Source: Eledone cirrhosa (Eukaryota). From it: 64,000 bases of DNA. The notes beneath the pieces are model-generated. The model made no database searches. It was not told the origin of the DNA and was given only the letters and a program-made list of their open reading frames with translations. The translations under genes and the position numbers were made by a program. Where the stretch lies: NCBI GenBank assembly GCA_964016885.1, contig OZ024743.1:160952001-161016000 (forward strand), written 5' to 3'. Shown piece after piece: positions 25,961 to 39,487 of the stretch. Within the stretch, counting starts at the first letter, position 1. Every line of letters starts with the position of its first letter.

Positions 25961-28900
25961 CAAGTTGCTCAGGAGTGCTACTGGTAACATGTAACCCAGT
26001 ACTACATGTCTCATGGTTGGGTTGTCGGCGACTAAACCAGCAACCCCACCAAGCTTGCTTTGTGAGGAGGGTGATATTTAGACACTCTGCGGGATGAAAT
26101 AAAGACCCGGCAAAGGGCGGAGGAACTCAGCAAAGTCAACGGCCATCCAAATAGTACTTTTTTTTTTACCTGAAAGTGAAGGGCCCCCAGTTGTTGTCAC
26201 AACACATTTCTAGGAGAAGGAAACTCTGAAAAAACACCTGCGGCTTCGGAAGCATCCGATGATGTTGACCAGTTCTCCTTTTCGGGTAGTGTTTTCGATG
26301 TTCAGAGAGTGAGATCGGTCGCGTGCAAAGCCTTTCCCCACTAATAAAAAACCTTCAAATCACAGGCATCGCTTTTTCAGGATCTGTTACAGGTTCGTGT
26401 GGATGGCCGTAGCCTAAACTCTATGATGACAGAAGAGAACCTTTAAGTCAAAAGCAGTAAGGGCTCTTGAACATATTGTGAAGGGGTCTGGCCCGGCAGG
26501 TGTCAATGGCACCACAGCGTGGGCCCGGTCGTCATCCTACAACTGCAAAGAGGTTTAAACCTCTGAATATTGGATGCTGGATTTAAGAACTTTACTGGAT
26601 TCCCAGTCCAGTAAAACTCGCCCTGAAAGAAGATCTGCTTTGGTGTCGAGGGAACTCGATCGCTATAGCATGAACATCGTTGCTCTTTCAGAAACAAGAT
26701 TGGCAGGTGAGGGTCAATTCACAAAACAGAAGGGAGGATAAACCTTCAATTGTGGTGGTGGAGCAGAGGGTTGTAGGAGATAGGCAGGGATCGCATTTGC
26801 TGTCAGGAATGGAATCGTCTCAAAGCTGGAAAATCTTCCTTGTAGATTCAATGATCGGATAATGTCCATGAGAGACCCTATGATTCAAAACCGCTTTGTG
26901 ACTCTGATCAGTGTGTACGCTCCTACTATCTGTGCCAGTGATGATGAAAAACTAAGTTTCTACATGTCTTTGCGAGAGATCATCCATGGTATACCTGATG
27001 CAGACAAGATTGTCATCCTTGATGATTTTAATGCACGTGTTGGTAATGACTGGGAAGCTTGGAGTGTGATGGGCAAGCATGGAGTAGGTAAGTGCAATAA
27101 CAATGGCCTACCTCTGTTGCAGATGTGCACTGAGATGGATCTTGTTATTGGCAACACGCTCTTTCAGCAGAAAGACAAATATAAGACAACTTGGATGCAT
27201 CAAGGTTCCAAGAAGTGGCAACTTATTGACTTTGTTTTAACGACAAAACGTGATATCAGGGATATCACATTGGTTCGTGTATTGTGAGGCGCGGTATGTT
27301 GGACTGATCATCGTCTGGTGTGCGCCAAATTTCAATTTGTTGTGAAGTCCAAAGTAAGGGGGAAGAAGGTTGCACTTCCAAAACAATTAAACGTGGCTCG
27401 TCTGAAAATAGAGAAAGTCAGAGATGAGCTGTCGAAGTCCCTTGAGTTCATGGAATGTGAACACACGTGGGAATCATTGAAGAAAACCGTCTATGATGTT
27501 AGTGCTGAAGTTTTGGGTCATACCAATAGAAAGCATAAAGACTGGTTCGATGAAAATGATGCAGTGATCCAGACCTTGCTTGAAGAGAAACAAAAAGTCC
27601 TGACATCATTGTTGTGTGAGACACGTTCTGATAGGAGTGACCGGACCTTCAAGCAGATCAAGGCATGTGTGCAACATCGATTGACAGCCATATAGGATAC
27701 CAGGTGGAGCCAAAAGGCTGATGAAATCCAGAATGACTCAGATAGACATGATACAAAGCTCCAGTCTGCTGATACAAAGCTCCAGTCTGTACAAAGCTAC
27801 AGTCTGCTCAGGGAGGTGTATGATCCGACCGGTTCATAAATATCACCACTTCGCTCCCGGGACGGCACGGAATTGCTCAGAGATACGAAGGAAGTCTTGA
27901 TCAGGTGGCATGACCACTTTGATGAGCTTCTCAACCGACCATCAGATATTGATGATGAATTCATCCGGTCAATTCCATCCAGACCTACAAAGCTGGCAAT
28001 GGCTGATCCTCCTTCATTTTATGAGGTGGCGAAGGCCATTGCCAAATTAAACAGCACCAAGTCACCTTGAATGGATGGACTGAGTGCCGAGATTTTCAAG
28101 TGTGTTGGTGATAATTTCTTAAACCGCCTCACTGATCTCTTTGTGAATGTTTGGAATGAAGAAGATGTGCCACAGGATTGGAAAGATGCATTGATGGTGG
28201 TACTTTACAAAGGCGAGGGAGCCAAAGATGACTGTGGCAACTACAGAGGTATTTCACTGCTATCTGTGGCTGGGAAGATCTTGTGCAGAATATTGTTGGA
28301 CAGATTGATACAGCACATTGCTGTTGAGGTATTTCCTGATTTCCAATGTGGCTTTAGGAATGGCAGAGGCACTGTCGACATGATCTTCTCGGCCAAACAG
28401 CTTCAAGAGAAATGCATTGAGCAGCGCATGGACTTATACCAAGTTTTTGTCGATCTGACCAAAGCATTTGACACCGTTAATCGGAAGGCTTTGTGGGTTA
28501 TTTTGGAGAGATTGAGCTGTCCTGAAAAGTTTGTGAACATTCTGAAACTCTTCCACGATGACATGCAAGCATGGAGGAATGTTGGAGGTAAACTATCTGA
28601 GCCAATCTCGGTTGAAAATGGTGTCAAGCAGGGTGATATACCTGCACCAACTCACTGCCAACACTAAGGTACTGAGTACCTTGATCAGAGAATTTTTATA
28701 TGCAGATGATTGTAATCTCTTTGCACACTCCCAGAGTGACATGCAACACCTTATGGATTCTTTTTCCAAAGCGTGCAGTGCTTTGGGACTGACAATCAGT
28801 CTGAAGAAGACTGTCGTCATGTACCAGCCTGCTCCAAAGTTTTCAATGAACCCTCCATATACGGTCAAAAGCTAAAGGCTGCTGACACATTTGTGTATTT

Positions 28901-29764
28901 GGGCAGTACGCTGTGTGTGGCCTGCTATCTGGATGCAGAAGTTGGTCTACGTGTTAGTAAGGCAAGTGAGTCATTTGGAAGGATCAACGACCGTCTTTGG
29001 TGCAGGAGAGGAATCACAATGAGGACCAAGGTGAGAGTGTATGCTGCATGTGTACTGTCAGCTTTGCTGTATGCATGTGAGACATGGGTTGCCTACAAAC
29101 GACATATCCACAGACTGGAACGGTTTCACCAGCAGTGTCTCAGAAAGATGCCCGGTATCAAGTGGCAGAGCATGTGAGTGATGTTGAGGTCCTTGAGAGA
29201 AATGAGTGTCAGAGCATTGAGAGTATCATCCACCAACGGCGTTTGCGATGGACCGGACATCTCTGCAGAATGGAGGATGATCGAATCCCAAAACAACTCT
29301 TGTATGGCGAGCTTTGTGAGGGTAAGAGACCACTTCACAAGCCAAGGCTCCGATTCAAGGATTGTGTAAAGGACTAATTGAAAAAAACTGGTTTGATGGT
29401 GGCTGACTAGGAGATAGAAGCTCTTGAAAGAGAAACTTGGCGTGGAATGGTGAATGATGGGGTCCATAATTTTGAGGACAGACGCATAGAGCACGAGAAG
29501 ATCAAACGGGATGTGCGTAATGAATGCCCTGGTGTATCCCTCGAAACAATCGGTGTCTCCATTGAATTGAAGTGCCCTGAGTGTGGAAAAATTTGCTTGA
29601 GCAAATCTGGTATCAGGAGCCACAGTCGCAGCCATGTTCAAAGAGAAGCAGTGAACTATGATCTCCACGATGTTGTGAGGGTTCACGGGCAACCTGATGC
29701 ATGACCTCAAGCCAGAGAGATCCATAGTTATCGTCAGTGTGTGAAGGAGTGCAAGTCTCTAACA
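25961..29764 (+). mobile_element. RTE-clade LINE, near full length, decayed
   Basis: SVYAPT, DDFNARVG, NYRGISLLS, FVDLTKAFD, GVKQG, FLYADD, RIPKQLLYGEL, C2H2 finger CPECGKIC..HSRSH. There is an internal deletion near 28660. It starts after (TATG)n. Confidence 0.93.
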
Positions 29765-30049
29765 GCGTCACACATCTGAATCTGACAAGCGATTGCAATA
29801 CTCTTGACAGAGTTTGCAGCCATTATGTATGATTCTCTTTCTCTTAATTTCGAGTACATTTTTATCCGGCCGCCTTCCTGGTGGCAAGGTTGTTAAAGAA
29901 AAGAAATTGTCATCCCTTGTTCTTTTATTGCATCCTCTGATTTTTTTGTTTTTTTTACACGCAGAAATGCCCATTTGTACCGTCCTGTATTGTCCTGTAC
30001 TGTCCTTAATGTCTATTTTGTGTAAACCCATGTGGTTAATAAAGAGTGC
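29765..30049 (+). mobile_element. 3' end of a Tx1/L1-like element (5'-truncated)
   Basis: 29930-30050 is nearly identical to the 3' UTR at 45232-45347, with AATAAA and an (ATT)n tail. Confidence 0.8.
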
Positions 30050-30073
30050 ATTATTATTATTATTATTATTATT

Positions 30074-33000
30074 GTTCTTTGAGTCTCAGTCATTGATGTT
30101 ATTTAACTGGAAAGTTTGTTGAAATGAATATCAAGCCACTACCTGCAGCCTCAGATATTCAGGACGTATCGGAGGGTTCTTGCTGTTCCCAGCGAGCATG
30201 CCTTTTGAAGTGTTCCAAAAAGCGGCGCGGGACCAATTTTCTTTAACCATCCCTGGAAACTTTTTGAGATAGTACCTAGTGCGCCTATGACAATCGGGAC
30301 CACTTTGACTTCATGGCAGTTCCAAATCCTTTTTACCTCCCACTTTAAGTCCTGGTATCGGTTAATTTTCTCCATCTCCTTTTCTTGCACTCTCGTGTCA
30401 AATGGACAGGCTACATCTAAAATCAGGCACGATCTTTTTTTCTTGTCCAAAACCACCAGGTCAGGTCTATTGTGTTCCAGTTTCTTGTCCGTCTGTATCC
30501 TAAAATCCCACAGCACCTTCACCTGATCGTTTTCTATCACCGACTCTGGCTTATGCTCATACCACTTCTCAGAATGTGGTAAATTGTTTACTTTGCATAG
30601 GTGCCAGTGGATCACCCTGCCCATCACATCATGTCCCCAGCCTTTATAGTGAGTCTGCGCTAGGTGTTTACACTCGGATACGATGTGAACCACAGTCGCC
30701 TCTCTCTCTCTCTCTCTCTCCACAGATCCTACACAGTGGGCTAGCCTCCTCCTTGTAAATATGGTGTTTCAACCACTTCGTTTTGAGGGCCTGCTCTTGC
30801 GCAGCCATTAGCATTCCTTCTGTAGCCTTTTAAAGGTCTCCTCTTTTCAACCAGTTCCATGTCTGTGAATCTCTGAATTCAGTTTTCTCAAAGAAGGTAC
30901 TATGAAGGGATTTTTCATGAAGGTTGCTCTTTCTCCTTGTTGTTATTTCCTCCTTGGACATCCCCTGGTCTATTGTCCTCTCCTTCAGTACAATTCTGAG
31001 CATTGGCTCCCTACTATCAGTCAAGTATTTGTGTAGGTTGTTTTTTACTCCATCTGAACACAGTCCTCTATGCTGATAAGACCTCTTCCACCCTCAGATC
31101 TCCTTAAGTAGAGTCTATCGACATCACTCCTCTTGTGGAACATGTTGTAGATAGTCAATAGCTTCCTAGTCTTCCTATCCATTTCATTTTGTTCAGCAAC
31201 ATTCCATCTCAGAATTCCCGCACTGTACCTAATAATAGACACAGCTCGGGAATTTACTGCATTTATGGCATTCTTACTGTTCAGATGTGATTTCAATACG
31301 GTCCTTACTCTCCGAATGTATTCAGATCTTATCAATTTCTTCATTTTTTGTTCTTGATGTCATCAGCCTCCAGAACACCTAAATATTTGTATCCTTCTTC
31401 AGTATCAGTTTCCTTTATCATCTCACCTGTTGGTCCTTGGATTCCGTTGCTTCTGCTCAATTTACCCCTCCTCACCACATGGACTCCACACTTACTAATA
31501 CCAAATTGCATACATATATCATTGCTGAAAATACGGACAGTGTCAACAAGCACATCCAACTCCTTCTCACTCTTCCTGAAGAGCTTAAGATCGTCCATGA
31601 AGATGAGGTGATTGATGGTAAGCTCTCCCTTTCCTAACTTGTATCCTGCTCTCACTTTTCGCAGTATAATGGTCAGGGGCATCAGGGCAAGGATAAAGAA
31701 CAAAGGGGACAGACTATCTCCCTGGAAGATACCTCTCTTGATCTTCACGCCTCCCAAGGATTCTCCACCTGATGTTAACTCTGTTTTCCAGGACTTCATA
31801 CTTTTGCTCAACAACTGTCTGATGTTATCTGCCACCTTGAAGATCTCTAGGCTTTTGGTGATCCAAGAATGAGTTACCATGTCAAATCCCTTTTTGTAGT
31901 CTATCCATCCCATGGCAAGACCAGTGTGTCTCATCTTGCAATTCTTCATTACCATCTTATCAATAAGTAACTAGTCCTTTGTACCACGGGACTTCTTTCG
32001 GCATCCTTTCTGTTCGTCCGGTAACAAATTGTTTATGTGGAGGTGATGGTAGATTTCCACAGACACAATGCGTGTCAACAGTTTCCACATTACGGACAGA
32101 CGTGTGATAGGTCTATAGTTGGTAACATCATTAACCTTGATTCGGTGTTTCATTACCAGAAATGTGGTACCCTTTGTCAACCACTCTGGTACCTCGCCTG
32201 AGATCAAGCAGTCATTTAACATGCTTGTCAGTTTCGGGTTGAGGGATGTTATATTTTTAATCCAATACCCCTGCACACCATCTGGGCCTGGTGATTTCCA
32301 GTTGGTTAGTTTTCTGGCCTGCCCCTTAAGAGTTTCAACTGTGATACTCAAATCAGTTTGTTGGTGTTCCTGTTCACTAATCTCCTTTTGTACTGTCTCA
32401 ATACACACTGTCTGGTCATTATGTTCAACATCCTGCTCCCATATTCCTCTCCAGAATGTCTTAGTTTGTTCCGCCTCAGGGATCAAGTCGTTGCCTCTTT
32501 CTTTCCCTTCAAGCTGTCCAAACAATATCTTCTGGTTGTTGTCAAACATGCGGTTATGTCTATACTGACTGACTCTGCTCTCGTATCGCCTAATTTTTGC
32601 ACTCTATGCTATAATGCGTTGCTTCAGTTCCTCTATGATAATATTTAGCTTTTTCCTCCTAGTTTTGTACAGTATTTCCAGTCTATTTTAGTGTCTGTTT
32701 TTTAGTGTCCCATTCAGTAGGGACTCAAGCTTTCCAGTGTCAATTCTCATTTCCCTGATTTGACCATTCAGTCGTTTCTTCCACCAAGGTTCTGATCGTT
32801 CTTCTTTGTTGTTTCCTCTCGCTTTTGTGTCAAGTAATTTCCTCACCGCATTTGCTGTTGCTTTGAGGATATTGATGCACTGGTGAAGGCTCCTTGCCTC
32901 AAGGTATGGGATGACTTCGTTTAACTTAGCTGTTGTTTCTTTTAACTTGTTCCTGTCTACAAATCTTAGGTTCATAGGTTTCCCACTATCATTGTTCATT

Positions 33001-34670
33001 TCATCTACCACTAAGTTTAGGATATTACCAAATCTTGTTCTAGCTCGTCAGCATTCATTTCCTCAATGGCCGTATCTTTGTTGCAGGTATTATTTATTTC
33101 AGCATTCAGATCATTGTCTGCTTCGGATGGTTCCTCCGTTCTCTCAACCTCTTCACCTTCATTTCTCACTGGCTCGTTTGCCTGGCATACTCCACTCTCC
33201 ATTTCCAACCTAATCTCTCTGCTCAGTTCCTCCAGTTCCAGCTTGCTTATCCACCCATTATTTCTTATTACTCGAGCCTGCCCGGCCAATTTTTGTTCAT
33301 CTAATTTAAATAGACCAATCTCGTTCCAGATGTTATGCATCCGTTTCCTATAGCCTTTTTCCTTGGGGTTACTCTTCAGGTAACATTGCATAACAGTTCT
33401 AATCAATTATTTCGTCCAGTTGGTTCTGGTTCCTTTCCTTCTTCTTCCTCCAACACCAGCAGTATTTGGATGTCAGCCAAGTCCCTGCTGCTGAGCCAGG
33501 GAGCACCTGCTGGGTGAGAGTCTGTCACATGACATTACAGTCTCCACTTCACCGTTATTCGAACTGTTTAGGTTCCTCATTTAAACACTCATATCGAGGA
33601 TTGGTGAATGTATGGTTACATAACTACCGGTGATTTCATCACCCCGGTGATTTTAGCGTGGCACCATCACGCTGTAGATGAACATAAATAAACAAAGAAA
33701 TAGATAAAAACCTTAAAAAAACAAAAATAAACATGTTTTATTGTAATGTTTGAATGTCTGACTTAGTTTTTTTTTTTTTTTTTTTCCTTAGCGTTTTTCG
33801 TTTTACAAGGCCAGTAACATCGGTTACTAGTGTTGTTGTTGCTGCTGCTGCTAAGGGAAGTAGGGGTTGATGTGTTCAAAACTTTTGTAATTTGTGTTTT
33901 TATTGTTGCGTTTGCTTCTGTCTGTGTTCTGTTCTATAATTTTTCGACTATAATTTTTTCTATAATTTTTTTCCTTTCACCCCTACGGGGCCGACACTAC
34001 AAAGCACCTGCAACACACCGGGACAATTGCTGGCCCCGTGCCAAAAGCAGAAGCAATTATTATTATTATATTATAGTTTAGATTTGACATCGTTTAAAAT
34101 AAACATTTTGAGAGAGTTTAGAGATACAACATAATTATTTTGGTGTTGTTGTTGTTGTTGTTGTTAGCTGTTTGACCGAGTCACTAAGCCAGTCTATTTA
34201 TATCTTTTGATACCTTCCTCGCTTCTTTTCATGTGTAGCGGCACCACCACCCCTCTCTTAAGTAGTGAGGGAATACTGGCGGTAGCGATGATGCAGTGGT
34301 GGCGGTGGTGATGTGGCAGCAGTACTATAGGGATGGTGCTGGTTTATATTTGGCTAGATTTTTGTGGTAGTGGTGATGGTGATGGTGGCGGCGGCGGTGG
34401 TGGTGGTGCTGGTGGTGAAGTTATTTGGCTGTTGTTTTCTAGCCATTTTCTTTTCTGACTATAAATTTTCTGGTACAAAATTAAATATTAAATATTGGAG
34501 CCCTATGCCATAACGTGATGCGTTGCCACTTCCTGAGAGTTAAGACTGATATCTTACGTTCCATTTGTAATAAGAATTATTCTATCACAATTGTTTTAAA
34601 TATGTAAAAAATCAAACACTTACGGGAGCGATTCCATAATACAGTATCCACGATGTGCGTATCTTCCCTT
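30074..34670 (-). mobile_element. Full-length R4/Dong-like LINE copy 1 (RT + CCHC + RLE), multiple stops and frameshifts
   Basis: Colinear paralog of 34960-39489. WKSPGPDG, GIFQGDSLSPL, FMDDLK, NRPDLV, DVACPFD. Probable ATG near 33580. Both ends lie in (TAA)n. Confidence 0.93.
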
Positions 34671-34687
34671 ATTATTATTTTTATAGG

Positions 34688-34875
34688 GGGCGGTGGATTG
34701 GCAGTATCGGTAGAGGGTCGGACGCCATGCTTTCCAGCATAGTTACGTTCATTTACGATCTGAGTTCAAATCCCGCCGAGGTTGACTTTGCCTTTCATCC
34801 TTACGGGGTCGATAAAATAAAGTACCAGTAATGCACTGGATAATTGCTGGCCTTGTGCCTAAAGTAGAAACAATT
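34688..34875 (+). mobile_element. tRNA-derived SINE (main family) in (ATT)n
   Basis: A-box-like TGGCAGTATCGG, B-box GAGTTCAAATCC, core GCCTTTCATCCTTACGGGGTCGATAAAATAAAGTACCAG, ATT tail. Confidence 0.88.
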
Positions 34876-34893
34876 ATTTTTATTATTATTATT

Positions 34894-34914
34894 GTTCTTT
34901 GAGTTTCAGTCATT

Positions 34915-34915
<1 letters not shown>
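34894..34915 (-). mobile_element. 22-bp extreme 3' tip of the Dong-like family (abortive insertion)
   Basis: GTTCTTTGAGTTTCAGTCATTG matches 30074-30095 and lies between (ATT)n tracts. Confidence 0.65.
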
Positions 34916-34952
<37 letters not shown>

Positions 34953-34959
34953 GTTGTTA

Positions 34960-37900
34960 TTCCTTGAATCTCAGTCATTGATGTTGGTTAACTGGAAAGT
35001 CCGTTGGATTGAATATCAAGCCACTACCTGCAGCCTCAGATATTCAGGACGTATCGGAGGGTTCTTGCTGTTCCAAGCAAGCATGCCTTTTGAAGCGTTC
35101 CAAAAAGCGTGAAGGGGCCGATTTTCTTTAACCATCCCTGGAAACTTTTGGAGATAGTCCCCAGTGCGCCTATGACAATCGGGATCACTTTGACTTCATG
35201 GCAGTTCCAAATCCTTTTCACCTCCCACTTTAGGTCCTGGTATCGGTTAATTTTCTCCCTCTCCTTCTCTTGCACTCTCGTGTCGAACGGGCAGGCCACA
35301 TCCACAATCAGACACGATCTTTTTTCTTTGTCCACAACCACCAGGTCAGGTCTATTGTGTTCCAGTTTTTTGTCCGTCTGTATCCTAAAATCCCACAGCA
35401 CCTTCACCTGATTGTTCTCTATCACCGCCTCTGGCCTATGCTCATACCATTTCTCAGAATGTGGTAAATTGTTTACTTTGCACAGGTGCCAGTGGATCAC
35501 CCTGCCCATCACATCGTGTCTCCAGCCCTTATAGTGGGTCTGGGCTAGGTGTTTACACTCGGACACAATGTGAGCCACAGTCTCCTCTCTCTCTCCACAG
35601 ATCCTGCACAGTGGGCTAGCCTCCTCCTTGTAAATATGGTGCTTCAACCACTTCGTTTTGAGGGCCTGCTCCTGCGCAGCCATTAGCATTCCTTCTGTAG
35701 CCTTTTTGAGGTCCCCTCTTCTCAACCAGTTCCATGTCTGTGGATCTCTAAATTCAGTTTTCTCAAAGAAGGTACTATGAAGGGATTTTCCCTTAAGGCT
35801 GCTCTTCCTCCTTGATGTTATTTCCTCCTTGGACATCCCCTGGCCTACTGTCCCCTCCTTCAGTACAGTTCTGAGCATTGGCTCCTTACTATAGGTCACG
35901 TATTTGTATAGGTTGTTTTTCTCCATCTGAACACAGTCCTCTATGCTGATAAGACCTCTTCCACCCTCAGATCTCCTTAGGTAGAGTATATCGACATCAC
36001 TCCTCTTGTGGAACATGTTGTAGATAGCCAATAGCTTCCTAGTCTTCCTATCCATTTCTTTTTGTTCAGCAACATTCCATCTCAGAATTCCCGCACTGTA
36101 CCTAATAATAGACACAGCTCGGGAATTTACTGCGCTTATGGCATTTCTGCTGTTCAGATGTGACTTCAATACGCTCCTTACTCTCCGAATGTATTCAGTT
36201 CTTAACAATTCCTTCATTTTTTTGTTCTTTATGCCATCAGCCTCCAGAACGCCCAAATACTTGTATCCTTCCTCAGAGTCAATTTCCTTTATCATCTCAC
36301 CTGTTGGTATCTGGATCCCGTTACTTCTGCTCAACCTACCCCTCCTCATCACAATGACTCCACATTTACCAATACCAAACTGCATACATATATCACTGCT
36401 GAAAATACGGACAGTGTCAACAAGCACATCCAACTCCTTCTCACTTTTCCCGAAGAGCTTAAGATCGTCCATGAAGAGGAGGTGATTGATGGTAAGCTCT
36501 CCCCTTCCCAACTTGTATCCTGCTCTCACTTTTCGCAGCATAATGGTCAAGGGCATCAGGGCAAGGACAAACAACAGAGGGGATAGGCTATCTCCCTGGA
36601 AGATACCTCTCTTGATCTTCACGCTTCCCAAGGATACTCCAGTTGATGTCAACTCTGTCTCCCAGGACCCCATACTCCTGCCTAGCAACTGTCTGATGTT
36701 ATCTGCCACCCTGAAGATCTCCAGGCTTTTGGTGATCCAAGAATGAGGCACCATGTCAAATGCCTTTCTGTAGTCTATCCATCCCATGGCAAGATCAGTG
36801 TGTCTCCTCCTGCAATTCCCCATTACCATCTTATCAATAAGTAACTGGTCCTTTGTACCACGTGACTTCTTTCGGCATCCTTTCTGTTCGTCCGGTAACA
36901 AGTTGTTTGTGTGGAGGTGATGGTAGATTTCCTCAGACACAATGCTCGTCAACAGTTTCCACATTACGGACAGACATGTGATAGGTCTATAATTGGTAAC
37001 ATCATTACCCTTGATTCGGTCTTTCATTATCAGAACTGTGGTACCTTTTGTCAACCACTCTGGCACCTCACCCGACACCAAGCAGTCATTGAACATGGCC
37101 GTCAGCTTCGGGTGGAGGGATGTTAAATGTTTAATCCAATACCCCTGCACACCATCTGGGCCTGGTGATTTCCAGTTGGTTAGTTTTTTGGCCTGCCCCT
37201 TAAGAGTTTCAACTGTGATACTCAAATCAGTTTGTTGTTGTGCCTGCTCACCGATCTCCCTCTGTACTGTCTCAATCCACCCTGCCTGGACATTATGTCT
37301 AACATCCTGCTCCCATATTCCTCTCCAGAATGTTTTAGTTTGCCCCGCCCCAGGGATCAAGTCGTTGCCTCTTTCTTTCCCCTCAAGCTGTCCAAACAGC
37401 ATCTTCTGGTTGTTGTCGAACATGCGGTTCTGTTTATACTGACTGACTCTGTTCTCGTATCGCCTGATTTTTGCACTCTTTGCTACAATGCGTTGCTTCA
37501 GTTCCTCTATGATAATATTTAGCTTTTTCCTCCTAGTTTTGTATTTTATTTCCAGTCTATTTTTAGTGCCTATGTTTTTTAGTGTCCCATTCAGTAGTGA
37601 CTCAAGCTTTCCTATGTCATTTCTCATTTCCCCGATTTGCCCACTCAGTCGCTTCTTCCACCACGGCTCTGCTCTTTCTTGTCTGTTGTTTCCTCTCGCT
37701 TTTATACCAAGTAGTTTCCTCACCGTATTTGCTGTTGCTTTGAGGATATTGTTGCACTGGTGAAGGCTCCTCGCCTCAAGGTATGGGATGACTTTGTTTA
37801 CCTTAGCTGTTGTTTCTTTTAACTTTTTCCTGTCTACAAATCTTAGGTTCATAGGTCTCCCACTATCATTGTTCAATTCATCTACCACTAAATTTAGGAT

Positions 37901-39487
37901 GTCAACCGAATCTTGTCCTAGCCCGTCAGCATTCATCTCCTCAGTGGCCGTATCTCTGTTCCAGGTATTATTTATCTCAGTATTCAGATCATTGTCTGCT
38001 TCGGGTGGTTCCTCCGTTCTCTGGACCTCTTCACCTTCATTTCCCACTGGCTCGCTTGTCTGGCATACTACACCCGCCATCTCCAAGCCGTTCTATCTGC
38101 TGAGTTCCTCCAGTTCCAGCTCGCTTATCCACCCAATAGTTCTTATTACCCGAGCCTGCCCGGCCAATTTTTGTTCATCTAATTTAAATAAACCAATCTC
38201 GTTCCAGATGTTATGCATCCGTCTCCTGTAGCCCCTCTCCTTGGGGTTACTTTTCAGGTAACATTGCATAACAGTTCTATTCAATTCTTTCGTCCAGTTG
38301 GTTCTGGCCCCTTTCCTTCTTCTCCTTCCTCCAACATCAGCAGTATTTGGTTGACAGTCAGGTTCCTGCTGCTGAGCCAGGGGGCACCTGTTGGGTGAGA
38401 GTCTGTCACATGACGTTCTAGTCTCCATTTCACCGTTATTCGAACTGTTTATGTTCGATATTTAAACACTCTTATCGAGGATTGGCGAATGTATGGTTAC
38501 ATAGCCATCTGTGGATCCGCCATTCCACTTGGCCCTTGTGTGGCATTATCACCACGCTGTATACGAACACACATAAACAAACAAACACACAGGCAGAAAG
38601 GGCCCCAAAAATGAATAAGCATAAGTTTCATTGTAATGTAGTGTTCGAATGTCTGACTTAGTTTTTGTTTTTTAAGTTTTAGTTTTTCCCCCCTCTTCTC
38701 TGTCCGTCCGCCTGCTTCTCTCTTCATTCTTATTTTCTTTACGTTTTTTTTTTTGGGGGGGGGGGGGGGGGTTTGGTTTTGTTTTGGTTTTTCTCTATTT
38801 GTTTTTCTCGTTTTTTGCTGTTGTTGCTGTGCTGCTTTGGTTTTGTTGTTTGTTTTTTCTTTTTTCTTTTGAGTCTATCTATATATTTTGATGCCTTCCT
38901 CTTTTTTAGCAGTAGGGATTCTATAATGTGGTGGCAGCAGCCAGCTGAAAGAAGAGGAGAGACTGGCGGCGGTAGCGATACTGAGACAGTGGTGGTGGTG
39001 ATGTCGATACCGAGGCAGTGGTGGCGGTGATGTGACCGTATTGCTGTAGTGATGGTGCTGTAGCGGTGGTAGCAGTGAAGGAGTGAAGGGGTGGTGGCGG
39101 CGGTGATGGGATAATGGTGGTAATGATGGCCGTAGTGAGCGGTGGTGGTGAAAATGCCGTTATCTGGCTGTTGTGTTTAGTGTACATCTGGTGTTGGTGA
39201 GTTTGGCTGTTCTATATAGTGTAGACAGAGGAGAGGGGGGGGGGTCTTCTTCCATTTATAGCCATTTTCTTTTTTGGATATACAGTGTACAATACAAAGT
39301 TGAATATTTGAATATTTGAGCCTTATAACAATATATTTTGGGTCCGAATTTTTTGGGGCTCAAGCCGGGTGCTTTACGTAGCATTTGTACTAAGAGTTGT
39401 TATTTCACAAATGATTTAAATATGTTAAAAATTCAAAACTTACGGGAGCGATTTCATGACCTCCGCCACCTCGTGCGTCTTCTTCCC

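Noticed and set aside
25961-26135. HDV-like or twister ribozyme at the RTE 5' end
   Set aside because: Some pairing is visible, but I could not build the HDV nested pseudoknot or the twister core by eye; a covariance-model search is needed.
30074-33600. APOBEC-type G-to-A hypermutation of Dong copy 1 as the cause of the paralog bias
   Set aside because: Trp codons are retained, and copy 1 carries the motif-typical Lys residues, so A-to-G in copy 2 fits better. Not formally excluded without a consensus.
35109-38398. Plus-strand ORFs overlapping the Dong elements, repeated in both copies
   Set aside because: Antisense shadows of the RT ORF; the repetition reflects paralogy only.
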